From a virus, in IMG/VR virus record IMGVR_UViG_3300007735_000802: a stretch of DNA of 64,000 nt, one strand, 5' to 3'. Below the pieces are notes generated by a model. That model was not told the DNA's origin. It did no database searches and saw only the letters and a program-made list of their open reading frames with translations. Positions 1 to 10,370 of the stretch are shown piece after piece. Within the stretch, counting starts at the first letter, position 1. Each line of letters opens with the position of its first letter. The translations under genes were made by a program, and so were the position numbers.

Positions 1-5
1 TTAAT

Positions 6-1070
6 TTAAATAAAATTGTCCTGACTTACGCCTTTGTTAATTAACGATGCTAAACGAGCAGATGATGGTGAATCAAATGCTTTTGATGGTTTTGGTTGGT
101 TTTTGGTCATAAGAGAAAGAGTATTCATTACGCTTTCCATCATTGGACTTGATGCTGTATTGACAGAACCATTTCCTTCTACTTCTTCAGTTAATGGAAC
201 TTGAGTTGTGCCAAAGTTTGCTGCAAATTTTGTTGAATTTGATGAACTATTGAAATATGACTCACGAAGCAATGCTACCTTTTGTGCATATTGTTCTGGT
301 GATTCAAATTCAATACCTTCGCTTAATTTTGCAAGTTTTTCGACTTGAGTGTCTGTTAAACCTGATGCTTGTTGCATGAAAGCTTCTGCACAAAGATGAG
401 CATTGATTTCATTCTTGAGATCAATATTTTCTTTGATTGCGCTGTTTAAACTTTCTTGTAGTTCTGAATTTGCTTCATAAATGTCGTCTAGAACATTATA
501 TTTTTCTTGTGGAACATCAATGAATGAGGACTCAAATAGATCCTTCAATCCATTGATAAAGTTTTCCGCAATTTCAGTACGAAGACCTCTTTCTACAGCA
601 ACTTTATTTTGTTCCATCCATTCAGAAATTACATAGTTTAGATAACCATCAATATGTTCGATGAGTCCTTCCTGTGACTGTTGTGTAGCTTCCAATACAA
701 CTTCTTTTGCTGCTTGGGATTGCTCTTCTATAATTTCTTTTGCTGCTTGAATAATATGTGCTTCAAGAATTGAAACTTTTTCATTTATTGCTGCTTCAAA
801 GATGGTTTTTGCCTTAAACTTAAAATCTTCGCTAAGGTTTTCTCCATCAAAAAGACTAGCAAGATAATCAACTCCCTCTTCCTGAAGTTGATCATCTTCT
901 TGCTCTGGTTGCATTGCTGTTGGTTGTCCGCCCATTGGTCTTAATGATGCCTGATGTCTCATGGCAAATGTTGGATCTGCAATAGGTGGGTTAATAACTG
1001 CACCTTTACCAGTAGCATCTTGGTATAATTGAGGTGACGAGTATTCTGCATATGGGTTATTTGCTTGCAT
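6..1070 (-). CDS. gp22: Prohead core scaffold protein (T4 gp22-like)
   Basis: LSEDFKFKAKTIFEAA, YLNYVISEWMEQNKVAVERGLRTEIAENF and FIDVPQEKY motifs typical of gp22; downstream of gp21. Confidence 0.93.
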   Translation of the reverse strand: MQANNPYAEYSSPQLYQDATGKGAVINPPIADPTFAMRHQASLRPMGGQPTAMQPEQEDDQLQEEGVDYLASLFDGENLSEDFKFKAKTIFEAAINEKVSILEAHIIQAAKEIIEEQSQAAKEVVLEATQQSQEGLIEHIDGYLNYVISEWMEQNKVAVERGLRTEIAENFINGLKDLFESSFIDVPQEKYNVLDDIYEANSELQESLNSAIKENIDLKNEINAHLCAEAFMQQASGLTDTQVEKLAKLSEGIEFESPEQYAQKVALLRESYFNSSSNSTKFAANFGTTQVPLTEEVEGNGSVNTASSPMMESVMNTLSLMTKNQPKPSKAFDSPSSARLASLINKGVSQDNFI

Positions 1071-1122
1071 TAAATTTTCTCCATTTTCTCTAAAAAGTAT
1101 TTAGAATATTTTAAAATTCAAC

Positions 1123-1824
1123 TTATACTATTGTCTCTAATCTTGATAAAAATTTACCAACTACAGGACTTAAATTTTTATAATCTTGTGCTGCCTGTGA
1201 TCTTCTCTGTTGTTTTTTCATTTGTCTGAATTTTGCTAAAACATCAGCAGCATAGGCCGGGTTGATTTTTCTGTCCTGTCGTGTAGCTTTCACACGACCT
1301 AAAACTTCTTTGGTTCTTGCTCTCTGCATGATATCTGTAGCACCTTTGGCAAATTGAGCAATATTTGGATTATCTTTAAATAATTGATTTTGTCTTGTCA
1401 ACAATGCCTGTCTTTCATTCCATTGTTGTCTTTGCTCTATGTATCTTCTAACCAATTGTTGATGTGCTTGCAGTTGTGCTTGTGATGGATTTCTTGGTAA
1501 TGTTGGTGCAGTTGGTTGAACTTTTGGATATAAGTTCATTACTTTTTGATAATATTGTGGAGAAATGCCAAGATTTGATGTAACATGATGTGTTAACATA
1601 ATATCACGAATTCTTTGAGCATCCTGATATGATCTTTTTTGTGTTGCAGTTTTTATTTGCTCTATTGCTGCCTTACCTCTTTGAACTAATTCTTGTCCAA
1701 GTGCAGATAGTCTTGTTCCAAATCCTTGTCCAAATGCTTCGTGTATATTTTTAGCAAATATTGGAATTGCTTCTCTTAAAGCAACTCCAACTTCTTCGTA
1801 TAAATGTGAATCTTGATTAATCAT
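1123..1824 (-). CDS. Hypothetical basic, Gln-rich protein inserted between gp21 and gp22 (possible internal head protein)
   Basis: 233-aa ORF overlapping the gp21 stop; N-terminal LYE/IHE motifs resemble gp21 cleavage sites. Confidence 0.7.
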   Translation of the reverse strand: MINQDSHLYEEVGVALREAIPIFAKNIHEAFGQGFGTRLSALGQELVQRGKAAIEQIKTATQKRSYQDAQRIRDIMLTHHVTSNLGISPQYYQKVMNLYPKVQPTAPTLPRNPSQAQLQAHQQLVRRYIEQRQQWNERQALLTRQNQLFKDNPNIAQFAKGATDIMQRARTKEVLGRVKATRQDRKINPAYAADVLAKFRQMKKQQRRSQAAQDYKNLSPVVGKFLSRLETIV

Positions 1825-2465
1825 ATTCTTCTCAGGAAATCTGCAAATAATTTAATAGCATTTTCTTCAAGTTTTCTTTTTGAAGTTCTTTTTAATTGTT
1901 TATGATATTTTGCAATTTCTTTTTCAACCAAAAGACCATTATCCCAGATCCATTCTTTTCCTTCTAAAATTCCATCAACAAATGCATTTGGAGCAGATGG
2001 ATCTGCAACAATATCAATTGCTGCTAAGGTAAAATCTTCTTGTACGACATTTACTCCATTTTGACTTTTAAGAGAACCCATACCTCTGGAGGAAACACCT
2101 AATTGAGCACCTTCATCTATAAGATTTTTTACAATCTTACCCATTGGAGTATCCATTATTTTGGCTTTACCAATTATTTGTTTTCCATTTTCTTGTAAAT
2201 TTGTGATCATATGAGATACACGATCCAAATTAACAGTTGGTCCAGATGGATGATTTAGTTCTCCGAGTGCTCTCTTTTTATTCACATATTCTACAACATA
2301 TCTTCTGGTTTCTTTTATAAGGGTTGATTCGTTGTATAATCTTTTATTTCGATTAACAACTCCCGCTTCCATCATTATACCTTTAATGAAGTAGTTTTTC
2401 CCACCAGCCTCATTTGATTCAACGATGGTTTGTATATTTTCTGTTGTTTCTGTAATAAGTTTCAT
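1821..2465 (-). CDS. gp21: Prohead core protease (T4 gp21-like)
   Basis: NRNKRLY, ALGELNHP, LGVSSRGMGS and DIVADPSAPNAFV motifs. Confidence 0.97.
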   Translation of the reverse strand: MKLITETTENIQTIVESNEAGGKNYFIKGIMMEAGVVNRNKRLYNESTLIKETRRYVVEYVNKKRALGELNHPSGPTVNLDRVSHMITNLQENGKQIIGKAKIMDTPMGKIVKNLIDEGAQLGVSSRGMGSLKSQNGVNVVQEDFTLAAIDIVADPSAPNAFVDGILEGKEWIWDNGLLVEKEIAKYHKQLKRTSKRKLEENAIKLFADFLRRI

Positions 2466-2484
2466 GGTGGATCCTTCAAGTTAT

Positions 2485-2997
2485 TCAATATTCAACACCG
2501 GATTGTCTTATGTTTGGTGCTTGATTTCCTGCATCCAATTCGTCTTCATCTTCTTCATTCTCTATTTCACCTTCTGTATCTTCATGTTCTTCAGCATCCA
2601 TGGTTGCATTTTCTTCCATCATGGAAAGATATTCGTTTGCAAGTTCGATAATTTCGTTTTCGGAAAGTTCTTCTCCCAACTCTTCTTGAACTTCTTCGAT
2701 GAGAGATAATAGTTCAGTTTCAAAGTTTTCCAAAATAGCGTCCATTTCTGGATCTGTTGATTCTTTACGAAGAAGTTTAAAATCTTCTGCGTCAATTTTA
2801 TCATTATTATTTTTATCGATGTGCTTCTTTTGCTTTGATGTAAGCTTTCCTTCATTAAATACAGTTGGAGCAAAATCTGTTAATTTTTCTTCAAGAGCAT
2901 CACCTAGTTTAGAAAGTAAAGACTCGTTGATTAACTTATTTGCTGTGTGATAATCTTCACTGATAATTGCTTTTAAAAGATCGTTGTTTCTTGACAT
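2485..2997 (-). CDS. Acidic prohead core protein (gp67/68 position) with an EF-hand-like loop
   Basis: Lies between gp20 and gp21; acidic; DKNNNDKIDAEDF loop. Confidence 0.65.
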   Translation of the reverse strand: MSRNNDLLKAIISEDYHTANKLINESLLSKLGDALEEKLTDFAPTVFNEGKLTSKQKKHIDKNNNDKIDAEDFKLLRKESTDPEMDAILENFETELLSLIEEVQEELGEELSENEIIELANEYLSMMEENATMDAEEHEDTEGEIENEEDEDELDAGNQAPNIRQSGVEY

Positions 2998-3014
2998 TTT
3001 TATTCTCCTAAAAA

Positions 3015-3022
3015 TATTTATA
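3015..3022 (-). promoter_or_regulatory. T4-type late promoter TATAAATA
   Basis: Exact TATAAATA on the minus strand just upstream of the 2997 start and its AGGAG Shine-Dalgarno (SD). Confidence 0.75.
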
Positions 3023-3026
3023 ATAT

Positions 3027-4613
3027 TTATTGTTGCTGTTGTTGGTCGTCTGCTAAACCAAGTTGCTGCATCTGTAATTGCTGTTGAATTAATTTTTGTC
3101 TATCTTGTTCAATTTCTTCATCCATTTTTGCAATTTCAGCATCGGTTTGCTTCAAAATATTCTTTCTTACATACTTGGTTGAGAAATATAAACCATTGTA
3201 TTGACCAATAGTATTCAACATGTTTATTCTTTCTGCCAATATTTCATTTTCCTTAAGATCATTAAAATATGCATCTTTTGAAAAGTTTATTACAATATCT
3301 TGATGAATATTAGACCAATCTTCTGGGGTCATAATACCCTTCAATAAGCATTGTTTCTTTAAAATATCAAGGAATAAAAATGCAAATTTTCTTTGTTGTC
3401 TTTCTATGAACTTATAGAATTTCACTTCATCTCTAGTAATTTCGCTGCTTCTTCCAAGATTAAACCCTGTCTGAACTTCCATTCGAGTAAGAGGAACATT
3501 CAATGCTCGGTATAATTTCTTAAGAAGATATTCGATATCTTCCAGTTGACCAAGATTTTGACCACCTGGAAGTGTAGTGATTTCTGTTCCCTTTCCACCT
3601 TCTCTTCGTGGTAACCAATAATCTTCTAGAACAGACATGAAGTTTCTTTGGTCTTGAATTTGTCCAGAGGCAGAATCGTAAGTTAATTTATTACGATATC
3701 GATTCATCAAATCTTTTATATATTGCTCTGCCTTTTGCTTTGGAAGATTTCCAACATCAACATAAAATACTCGTCTCTCTGGTGCTCTTGCAAGACGATA
3801 AACCACTAAGGCATCCTCACTCTGTCTGAGCATGTTTAGTGGTCTGATTGCCTTGTATAAATTACCAACAACCTTTCTGGTTGTCTGATCAATAAGACCA
3901 GAGTGACAATATGTGATTGAATCAACAGATATTTTTACACCCGGAGTATTTACTGATGGTGTAATTGCACTTGCATTGTTAATTTCATAATCTGAATATA
4001 TGTAAAATTCTTCAACAGATTTAACCAATGGAACTGTAGTGTTGTTGACTTTTTTGATTTGTTTCTGAACTCTTCTTACTTTTCTAATTTTAATTGGATC
4101 AATTGCTCTGAGTTCAAGAATTCCTTTTTCTGGATGTTCAGTATCAATTATATTTTGAAAATATAGTCTTCCATCAACATACCATCTTCTGAATATATCA
4201 TAACCTTTATTGTTATAATCTAATAATTTTACAACTTTATCAAATTCTTGTTGAACTTTAGATTTAATATTATCAGATAAATCTGTATTATCTAAGGATA
4301 TTTTTACAGATGTTCCACTTGTGTCAAATGTTATCGCCTGTGTGACAATATCATCAATTGCCATATCTACTTCTGGATAAAGTGCCATCGATCTATATTG
4401 TTTGATCAAAGCATTTTCATCTACGAAGTAACCATTAAAGTCATAAACAGAAGACATGAAGCCTCCTGTTTCGACAATTTGAGTTCCATCAAATGTATCT
4501 GGTGCAATAAATGAAGCGTTAGATGGACTGTCTCCGCTCAAACCTCCGAGCGAAACATCTAGCGTTTCATTGTTTTTATTAAAAGAAAAACCAAAAAGAT
4601 CAAATAACTTCAT
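3027..4613 (-). CDS. gp20: Portal vertex protein (T4 gp20-like)
   Basis: FRRWYVDGR, RAPERRVFYVDVGNLPKQKAEQY, EDYWLPRREGGKGTEITTLPGGQNLG. Confidence 0.98.
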   Translation of the reverse strand: MKLFDLFGFSFNKNNETLDVSLGGLSGDSPSNASFIAPDTFDGTQIVETGGFMSSVYDFNGYFVDENALIKQYRSMALYPEVDMAIDDIVTQAITFDTSGTSVKISLDNTDLSDNIKSKVQQEFDKVVKLLDYNNKGYDIFRRWYVDGRLYFQNIIDTEHPEKGILELRAIDPIKIRKVRRVQKQIKKVNNTTVPLVKSVEEFYIYSDYEINNASAITPSVNTPGVKISVDSITYCHSGLIDQTTRKVVGNLYKAIRPLNMLRQSEDALVVYRLARAPERRVFYVDVGNLPKQKAEQYIKDLMNRYRNKLTYDSASGQIQDQRNFMSVLEDYWLPRREGGKGTEITTLPGGQNLGQLEDIEYLLKKLYRALNVPLTRMEVQTGFNLGRSSEITRDEVKFYKFIERQQRKFAFLFLDILKKQCLLKGIMTPEDWSNIHQDIVINFSKDAYFNDLKENEILAERINMLNTIGQYNGLYFSTKYVRKNILKQTDAEIAKMDEEIEQDRQKLIQQQLQMQQLGLADDQQQQQ

Positions 4614-4624
4614 TCATTTATTCC

Positions 4625-5176
4625 TTATCCATCATATGGTTCCCAATAATCATAAGCAATCTGAACAGTAAATTCAGAGAATGAATCCTGAAGGTCATAG
4701 TTCAGTGTTATTGCGCCGATATCTACTGGAAAACAATTCTTTAATTTAATTGCCTTTGTAAAGTTTTCTGGTTGTTGTGTTTCTGTTGGTGTTGAAGATG
4801 TACCTGGAATTAAATCACTATAACGAATAACCCAGTCTGTAACTAGATTATAATTAATTTGATTGGTATTTCTACCACCCATTGCTTCAATCCAACGCTC
4901 AAATCCAGATCTCAAATCCTTTGATGGAGTATTTGAATCATAAACGCTGATAGCCCAATCACCATATTGGCGTTCTCCAGCAAATTTCACTATTCTTCCT
5001 TGCCATGCAATTGGAATTGCTCCAATAGAAGAACCTGGTAAGTCCGCTGCCTTTACATAGATATAAATGTCACTTAAATTTGGAGATTCAACGCCATCAG
5101 GCCATTGACCTTCGACCAAAAATCTATTAGGTCTTACTCCAAAGAAATTATTTCTAAATTCGTTTAATGTTGCCAT
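4625..5176 (-). CDS. gp19: Tail tube protein (T4 gp19-like)
   Basis: RPNRFLV, KAADLPGS, GRIVKFAGERQYGDW, FPVDIGAI, EFTVQIAYDYW. Confidence 0.95.
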   Translation of the reverse strand: MATLNEFRNNFFGVRPNRFLVEGQWPDGVESPNLSDIYIYVKAADLPGSSIGAIPIAWQGRIVKFAGERQYGDWAISVYDSNTPSKDLRSGFERWIEAMGGRNTNQINYNLVTDWVIRYSDLIPGTSSTPTETQQPENFTKAIKLKNCFPVDIGAITLNYDLQDSFSEFTVQIAYDYWEPYDG

Positions 5177-5199
5177 TTATAACCTCTTTTCTTTATGTA

Positions 5200-6417
5200 T
5201 CAAAGTTCCGAAGATAGATCTTTGTTGGTTAGAGTAATTGTTACATAATTAATAGATGTTATTGGTTTGATTAATATATCGGCAACAAAGTAATTTGCTT
5301 CTACTACTTCTGGCGTATTATTTGATGTATCGCAGACTACTCTATATTCTGAAATACCTCTTTGTGCTACTATGCGATCTAAGAATCCTTCTGCTGCAAT
5401 CTTGAATCGTGAGCGAGTTATTGCATCATTTTGTTCAAACAATATTGATCTTGCAACTGGTCCGAGCGATCTCTTGATATACATGAATAGTCTAGAAACA
5501 TTAATTCTAGAAAGAGTTGATGTAGCTGGTTCTCCAGTTTTATCACCATATAGGTAAGTACCTTCGCCAGCAAATGTTACAACAGGATTAATTTTTGCAT
5601 CATACAATGAGTCTTGTTCAGCAGTTGTGAGATTTTTGCTAAGACGAATTACATTTAGAATTCTTCCCTTCTTAGTTCCTGCTGGAGAGAACCAGGGATA
5701 GAAGTCTCTATCTGTACGAGCAATACATCCTGCCAAGTCTGCTGCAAGAGGAGTTGTTACTGTGTTTAGACCAGTTACATCAAAATGAACTTTTGATCCA
5801 TATACTACAGCATAATTTTTATCGGTTGCTGTTGTAAAATTAGCTATATCGTTAGAAACAGATGTTGCTCCAATTGGAACATACATTATTCCAAGTGCTG
5901 GTTTTTCTGTACTTGCTTTTGTATCAACAATTGTTTGAAGTGGTGTAATATATGATGAATTGCCAGAACCACCCTGGAAAATAACTTGAAAATCAATATC
6001 TGCAAATCCTGCGGGTGGTGTTGTTCCATTTGCAAATGCAACATAACAACCACCACCATATTGTAAGAAGTTATTTACTGGATACCATTCATTTCTAAAT
6101 GTTGCACCAGATACCCCAGTTCCTGTATATGTTCCATCTAAATATGATGCAGCACATGAACCTACACTATATCCCGTTTGTCCTTGTACAAATGTAACTC
6201 CTCCAGCATTTAGATAAACTAAATCTGTTAGTCTATTGTACCATTCTGATGAGTTCTGAACATAAAAATATCCCTGTGCTTGTTCTGCCGTATCACCCAT
6301 TCTTTTAAGAGCAGTCGTAATATTGCAAACAGCACCAACTGTAGATGAAAATTGTTCTGTTACGGGAACAACCAATGATTCATCTAAAATTCTAAATTGA
6401 ACATTTGGTCTAGCCAT
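5200..6417 (-). CDS. gp18: Contractile tail sheath protein (T4 gp18-like, short form)
   Basis: NNFLQYG, PWFSPAG, INPVVTF, LYGDKT, RINVSRLF, LFEQND, DILIKPITSINY. Confidence 0.95.
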   Translation of the reverse strand: MARPNVQFRILDESLVVPVTEQFSSTVGAVCNITTALKRMGDTAEQAQGYFYVQNSSEWYNRLTDLVYLNAGGVTFVQGQTGYSVGSCAASYLDGTYTGTGVSGATFRNEWYPVNNFLQYGGGCYVAFANGTTPPAGFADIDFQVIFQGGSGNSSYITPLQTIVDTKASTEKPALGIMYVPIGATSVSNDIANFTTATDKNYAVVYGSKVHFDVTGLNTVTTPLAADLAGCIARTDRDFYPWFSPAGTKKGRILNVIRLSKNLTTAEQDSLYDAKINPVVTFAGEGTYLYGDKTGEPATSTLSRINVSRLFMYIKRSLGPVARSILFEQNDAITRSRFKIAAEGFLDRIVAQRGISEYRVVCDTSNNTPEVVEANYFVADILIKPITSINYVTITLTNKDLSSEL

Positions 6418-6441
6418 GCTTCTCTCCTTAAATAAATTTCC

Positions 6442-6449
6442 TATTTATA
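6442..6449 (-). promoter_or_regulatory. T4-type late promoter TATAAATA upstream of gp18
   Basis: Exact motif on the minus strand about 25 nt upstream of the gp18 start, followed by an AAGGAG SD. Confidence 0.75.
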
Positions 6450-6502
6450 TGTAGTTAAAATGGAATTTTGTATAGATTGTGACCGTTTTGTTTTGATTTT
6501 TG

Positions 6503-8218
6503 TCAAAACCATGGCATTTTTAGATCTTTTTTGTCGATAATCAACCATCTGTCATCTTCTTCGCTCCATTTCGAATCCTCTAAAATATCATCAACATCAA
6601 GGGATCCATCCAAATAATATCCAAATGGCAACATATCATCTTCTATTTTTTCAATGTCTTGTTGATACATTGCTAATCGAACATCCATATCAGTTAGACT
6701 CTTAAAATATGGTTGCCTTGTACACCATGCAAATAAAACCAAACACATGACAAGATCATCATTATGACCATCTTCTGCTTCAAAACTTTGCTTTTTGGAA
6801 ATAAATGTTGTAAACTCTGAGATCACATCAGCGTCTTCTACAATTAGTTTATCTTCCTCAATCATATTTTTGAGGACTTGACAACCAACCTTTTTTGTAA
6901 GAACCGATGTTTTAACTCCTAATTGAACTTTTTTGACAGGTCCAAATCCCTCGGTCATGACCTGACCTTTTCTACCCATCATTGTCGTTTTCACTATATT
7001 TTCATATTCCAGATCTGTATGAAGTATATTTGCAACTTCTATTCCTATACTGTTCACTTCTACCAGTACATGGGCATTGTTGTATTTTCTAGCAACTGTT
7101 TTGAGAACAGAGGCAAACAATAAAGGAGAGACTGTGTTATTTCTGTATGTTGCAACTACTTTATAAGGAAACTCAGTAACATCCACTACTGCCATTGCTG
7201 TATAGTCTTTTCCCTGTCCTTCAGCAACATCGGCGGTTATAAAATATAAATGATCTTGACTTTTTTCATTATCTGGATCTTTTCTAACAGGTTCCTGATA
7301 AATGTTCATTCCATCTTTTGTTCTGAGTATTGGTTTTGTATAAACCAATGTGTGTAACTTTGCAGATGATATTAAAGTATTTGAACTTCCCAAAAAGTCA
7401 CACTCGAACTCCTGCTCGAATTGCTTTTCTGAAGTTTTAGAAATCATGTCTTGTTTCCACTTGTCATCACGCAAGGGTCCACCTGGATATTTTGGAACTT
7501 GACTCCAGTGAACTTCAAAAGGAACATATCCATTTTGTTTGTTGATTGCACCCTTCCAATAGTAATAGAACATGTTCAAACCATTGGGGGTTGATATGAT
7601 AAACATTTTGGTAGACTGACCAGATGTAATTGTTGGATATACAGAGGTAAAGAACTCTTCCGCAATTTGCGTAGGAATGTGAGCAAATTCGTCTAGGAGA
7701 ATGCAGTTGAAAGAACCACCACGAATAGCAGAAGAAGATGTTGCCGCTGCTAAAATTCTAGACCCATTCTCAAGAACAATGGATCCCTTGTTCCATTCAA
7801 TAACACCTTGCTGTAACCACTTAGGCAAATATTCATATGCCATTTTAATTCTTCCTAAAATTTCAATGGCAGTGGATTGTTTGTTTGCAAGAATAGCAAC
7901 ATTCATATTTTGATTAAACAAAACATAATGTAGTAAATATGCACCTACGGTTGTGGTTTTACCAACCTGACGAGGAAGTTTACCTATAACAAATCGATTG
8001 CTGTGTAAATTTTGAATTAGTTCTTTTTGAAAATCATACATTTCAAAGGAAACAAGACCCTTATCAACAGCAACAATTTTTACATATTTTTCAACAAAAT
8101 AGATTGGATCATTTGCACATTTTACATATTCTTGAACTTGTTCTTGAGTAAATTGTTGCTGTACACCTACTGGTTTTAGATTTGGGTTTCCAAGATATCC
8201 ATCTTTTTTAGCTGTCAT
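6503..8218 (-). CDS. gp17: Terminase large subunit (T4 gp17-like)
   Basis: YLGNPNLK, Walker A PRQVGKTT, Walker B LLDEFA, ISTPNG, nuclease DDLVM. Confidence 0.98.
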   Translation of the reverse strand: MTAKKDGYLGNPNLKPVGVQQQFTQEQVQEYVKCANDPIYFVEKYVKIVAVDKGLVSFEMYDFQKELIQNLHSNRFVIGKLPRQVGKTTTVGAYLLHYVLFNQNMNVAILANKQSTAIEILGRIKMAYEYLPKWLQQGVIEWNKGSIVLENGSRILAAATSSSAIRGGSFNCILLDEFAHIPTQIAEEFFTSVYPTITSGQSTKMFIISTPNGLNMFYYYWKGAINKQNGYVPFEVHWSQVPKYPGGPLRDDKWKQDMISKTSEKQFEQEFECDFLGSSNTLISSAKLHTLVYTKPILRTKDGMNIYQEPVRKDPDNEKSQDHLYFITADVAEGQGKDYTAMAVVDVTEFPYKVVATYRNNTVSPLLFASVLKTVARKYNNAHVLVEVNSIGIEVANILHTDLEYENIVKTTMMGRKGQVMTEGFGPVKKVQLGVKTSVLTKKVGCQVLKNMIEEDKLIVEDADVISEFTTFISKKQSFEAEDGHNDDLVMCLVLFAWCTRQPYFKSLTDMDVRLAMYQQDIEKIEDDMLPFGYYLDGSLDVDDILEDSKWSEEDDRWLIIDKKDLKMPWF

Positions 8219-8678
8219 TTTCCACTTCTTCCGTAGGTATGGCTTTTAATTGACTACGAGTTTGATTTATAATATTTTGAAGATCCCGAGTAGAACCAAC
8301 AAATATAGAATTATTTGTTGTATTCTTTACTACTTTATTTGTTCCTAGAGCATCTGCTGTTGTTTTATGCATTTCCATAAGATCAGAATTTATTTCACTT
8401 ACTGTCTTAATAAGAATAGAAGCAACTTCATATGCTCTTGGCGAATCTCCCGCTTCTGCAACTTTCATGATGCCATCAATTGCTTCAAACCCAAGACCAA
8501 TTAGATCTTTCATATTTTTTCTGGCAGAATCAAAATCTTGTCTGACTTGATCTTTTCTTTTTATTTTTGCTTTTTTTGCAAAATCATTAACTACTTCAAT
8601 TTCTTTAATTTCAGACTTTGTTATTTCAATGTCTAATATTTCAGAAAGTTTTTCTTCGGATGTGTTTTTGTCATTCAT
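8208..8678 (-). CDS. gp16: Terminase small subunit (T4 gp16-like)
   Basis: DSPRAYEVA and NNSIFVGSTRDLQ motifs; overlaps the gp17 start. Confidence 0.93.
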   Translation of the reverse strand: MNDKNTSEEKLSEILDIEITKSEIKEIEVVNDFAKKAKIKRKDQVRQDFDSARKNMKDLIGLGFEAIDGIMKVAEAGDSPRAYEVASILIKTVSEINSDLMEMHKTTADALGTNKVVKNTTNNSIFVGSTRDLQNIINQTRSQLKAIPTEEVENDS

Positions 8679-8688
8679 TGTACACCTT

Positions 8689-9435
8689 TCATGGCCATGG
8701 ACCTATTACTGGTGTTATAGAACCTGTTATATGATCACCAGTATAACCAATATCTGTTACAAATATATCACCAGCAGTTGTGTCATCATATAGATTGACA
8801 TCGGTTCTTTCTATTATTCCTCCCGTAGAACCACAAATTTCTGGATAGACATATGTCTTTGCTGTAAAGTCAAAACTACTAATCAATACTCTTCTTGAAT
8901 CAAAAGATCCTTCGTAATCTTCATTCAGGGCAACTCCATTCAATACCACAGGAACATCTACTTCCTGGTATAGATCATTCATCTTGATTCTCATCATATA
9001 TTCTGGAGCAAAGAATGGAACAACTTGTTCAATTATTTGCAACATATCATCCATATGTCTTGTGTATGCATATAAAGAAAATCCAATATTGTATGGAACT
9101 TCAGAATAAGCAGATTTATAAACTCCGTTTACTACATCTGCTCTCTTTATAAGTCTATTAACTTTTCTTGTTGGATCGTATAGTAAAGTTGTAATTTCAA
9201 ATCCGAGTTTTGGTAAGACTATCTGAACTCTGCTATCTTTTGTGAGACTGCTTTCTTGTGTAAGTTTCAGAATAAACTTTTCTTTACTTCCATATGCAAG
9301 TGGTACTCTGATTTTATCTTTTTCTGTATTGTCTGTGTTATATCTTGTCACATAGACAGAATCAAATAAAGATCCAAACGCGAGAACTGTTTTTCGTATG
9401 GACTGATTGTAGAATGTTTTATTTACGCTAAACAT
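8689..9435 (-). CDS. gp15: Tail sheath stabilizer / tail terminator (T4 gp15-like)
   Basis: FYNQSIRK, FGSLF, VPLAYGSKEKF, VPYNI, QIIEQVVPFF. Confidence 0.95.
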   Translation of the reverse strand: MFSVNKTFYNQSIRKTVLAFGSLFDSVYVTRYNTDNTEKDKIRVPLAYGSKEKFILKLTQESSLTKDSRVQIVLPKLGFEITTLLYDPTRKVNRLIKRADVVNGVYKSAYSEVPYNIGFSLYAYTRHMDDMLQIIEQVVPFFAPEYMMRIKMNDLYQEVDVPVVLNGVALNEDYEGSFDSRRVLISSFDFTAKTYVYPEICGSTGGIIERTDVNLYDDTTAGDIFVTDIGYTGDHITGSITPVIGPWP

Positions 9436-10367
9436 TAATCACATTCCTCCGAGAATGGATCATCTTTATTAAATTCCAATATACCGTCTGCTGCCTGTGA
9501 ATAAAGATCGTTTTCCATAATATTGACACCCGATATTGGATCTACAGATAGATTTACATTTGTTGTGGTGATACCTAACAAATAGTATTCTGTTAGAGTT
9601 ATTCCAGTTCCGTATGTCTTTATAGACTGAGTTCCTGTTGGACCAGCAACAAAGGTTCCGGTAAGTCCTTTAATATATGCATTTATTCCAGAATATTCAA
9701 CTATTGTTGCTATACCAGTTGCATTTGCATATGTTGCACCAGCACCAGTAACCCCACTTACTTGATATATTGTATCTCCTCTTCGTGGTCGTATTGAACC
9801 AGAGATTGGTAAAGAAGAAATTGTAAGTATTTCCATATTATATTGACGATCATCTTGAACTTCATCAATTTCAGATACGCCAGTTTCAATGTCTTCGAAT
9901 GAATATGTGAAGAGTTCACATGTTAATGTATATGTTGTTAGACTTCCAAATTGGAAGAATGGAATCTTGTCTTCTACATAATTTATTTCAAATAAACTTT
10001 TATTTAGTGGAAAAAATATTAAATCTCCTTCACGGGGAGTTAATATTGTTGAATTCTTTGTTGTTATTTCCTGAGCAAAACGAGTCTTTGATAATTGAAA
10101 TGTAACGCGATCTGTGATGCTAATGCCAAATTTATTGACAATATTCATCTGATTGCCGAACGATGTTACATTTTGTATATACATTTCAATGCGATACGAA
10201 TCTGAAAAACTTGATGTTGGATCTTCTCCAAAGATTAAATCTATATCCAATGCCTCTCTTGGAATATAAATCATATCTCTACCCATAGCACGAATCGTCT
10301 CTATGGTGAGATCATCTAAAAGTTTTTGTTCTCCTCTATAATCTCGGAAGAATGGATTTACTGCCAT
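9435..10367 (-). CDS. gp14: Neck protein (T4 gp14-like)
   Basis: YIPRE, FGED, KFGI, PREGDLIFFP, FEINYVE, CELFTYS. Confidence 0.95.
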   Translation of the reverse strand: MAVNPFFRDYRGEQKLLDDLTIETIRAMGRDMIYIPREALDIDLIFGEDPTSSFSDSYRIEMYIQNVTSFGNQMNIVNKFGISITDRVTFQLSKTRFAQEITTKNSTILTPREGDLIFFPLNKSLFEINYVEDKIPFFQFGSLTTYTLTCELFTYSFEDIETGVSEIDEVQDDRQYNMEILTISSLPISGSIRPRRGDTIYQVSGVTGAGATYANATGIATIVEYSGINAYIKGLTGTFVAGPTGTQSIKTYGTGITLTEYYLLGITTTNVNLSVDPISGVNIMENDLYSQAADGILEFNKDDPFSEECD

Positions 10368-10370
10368 ATG

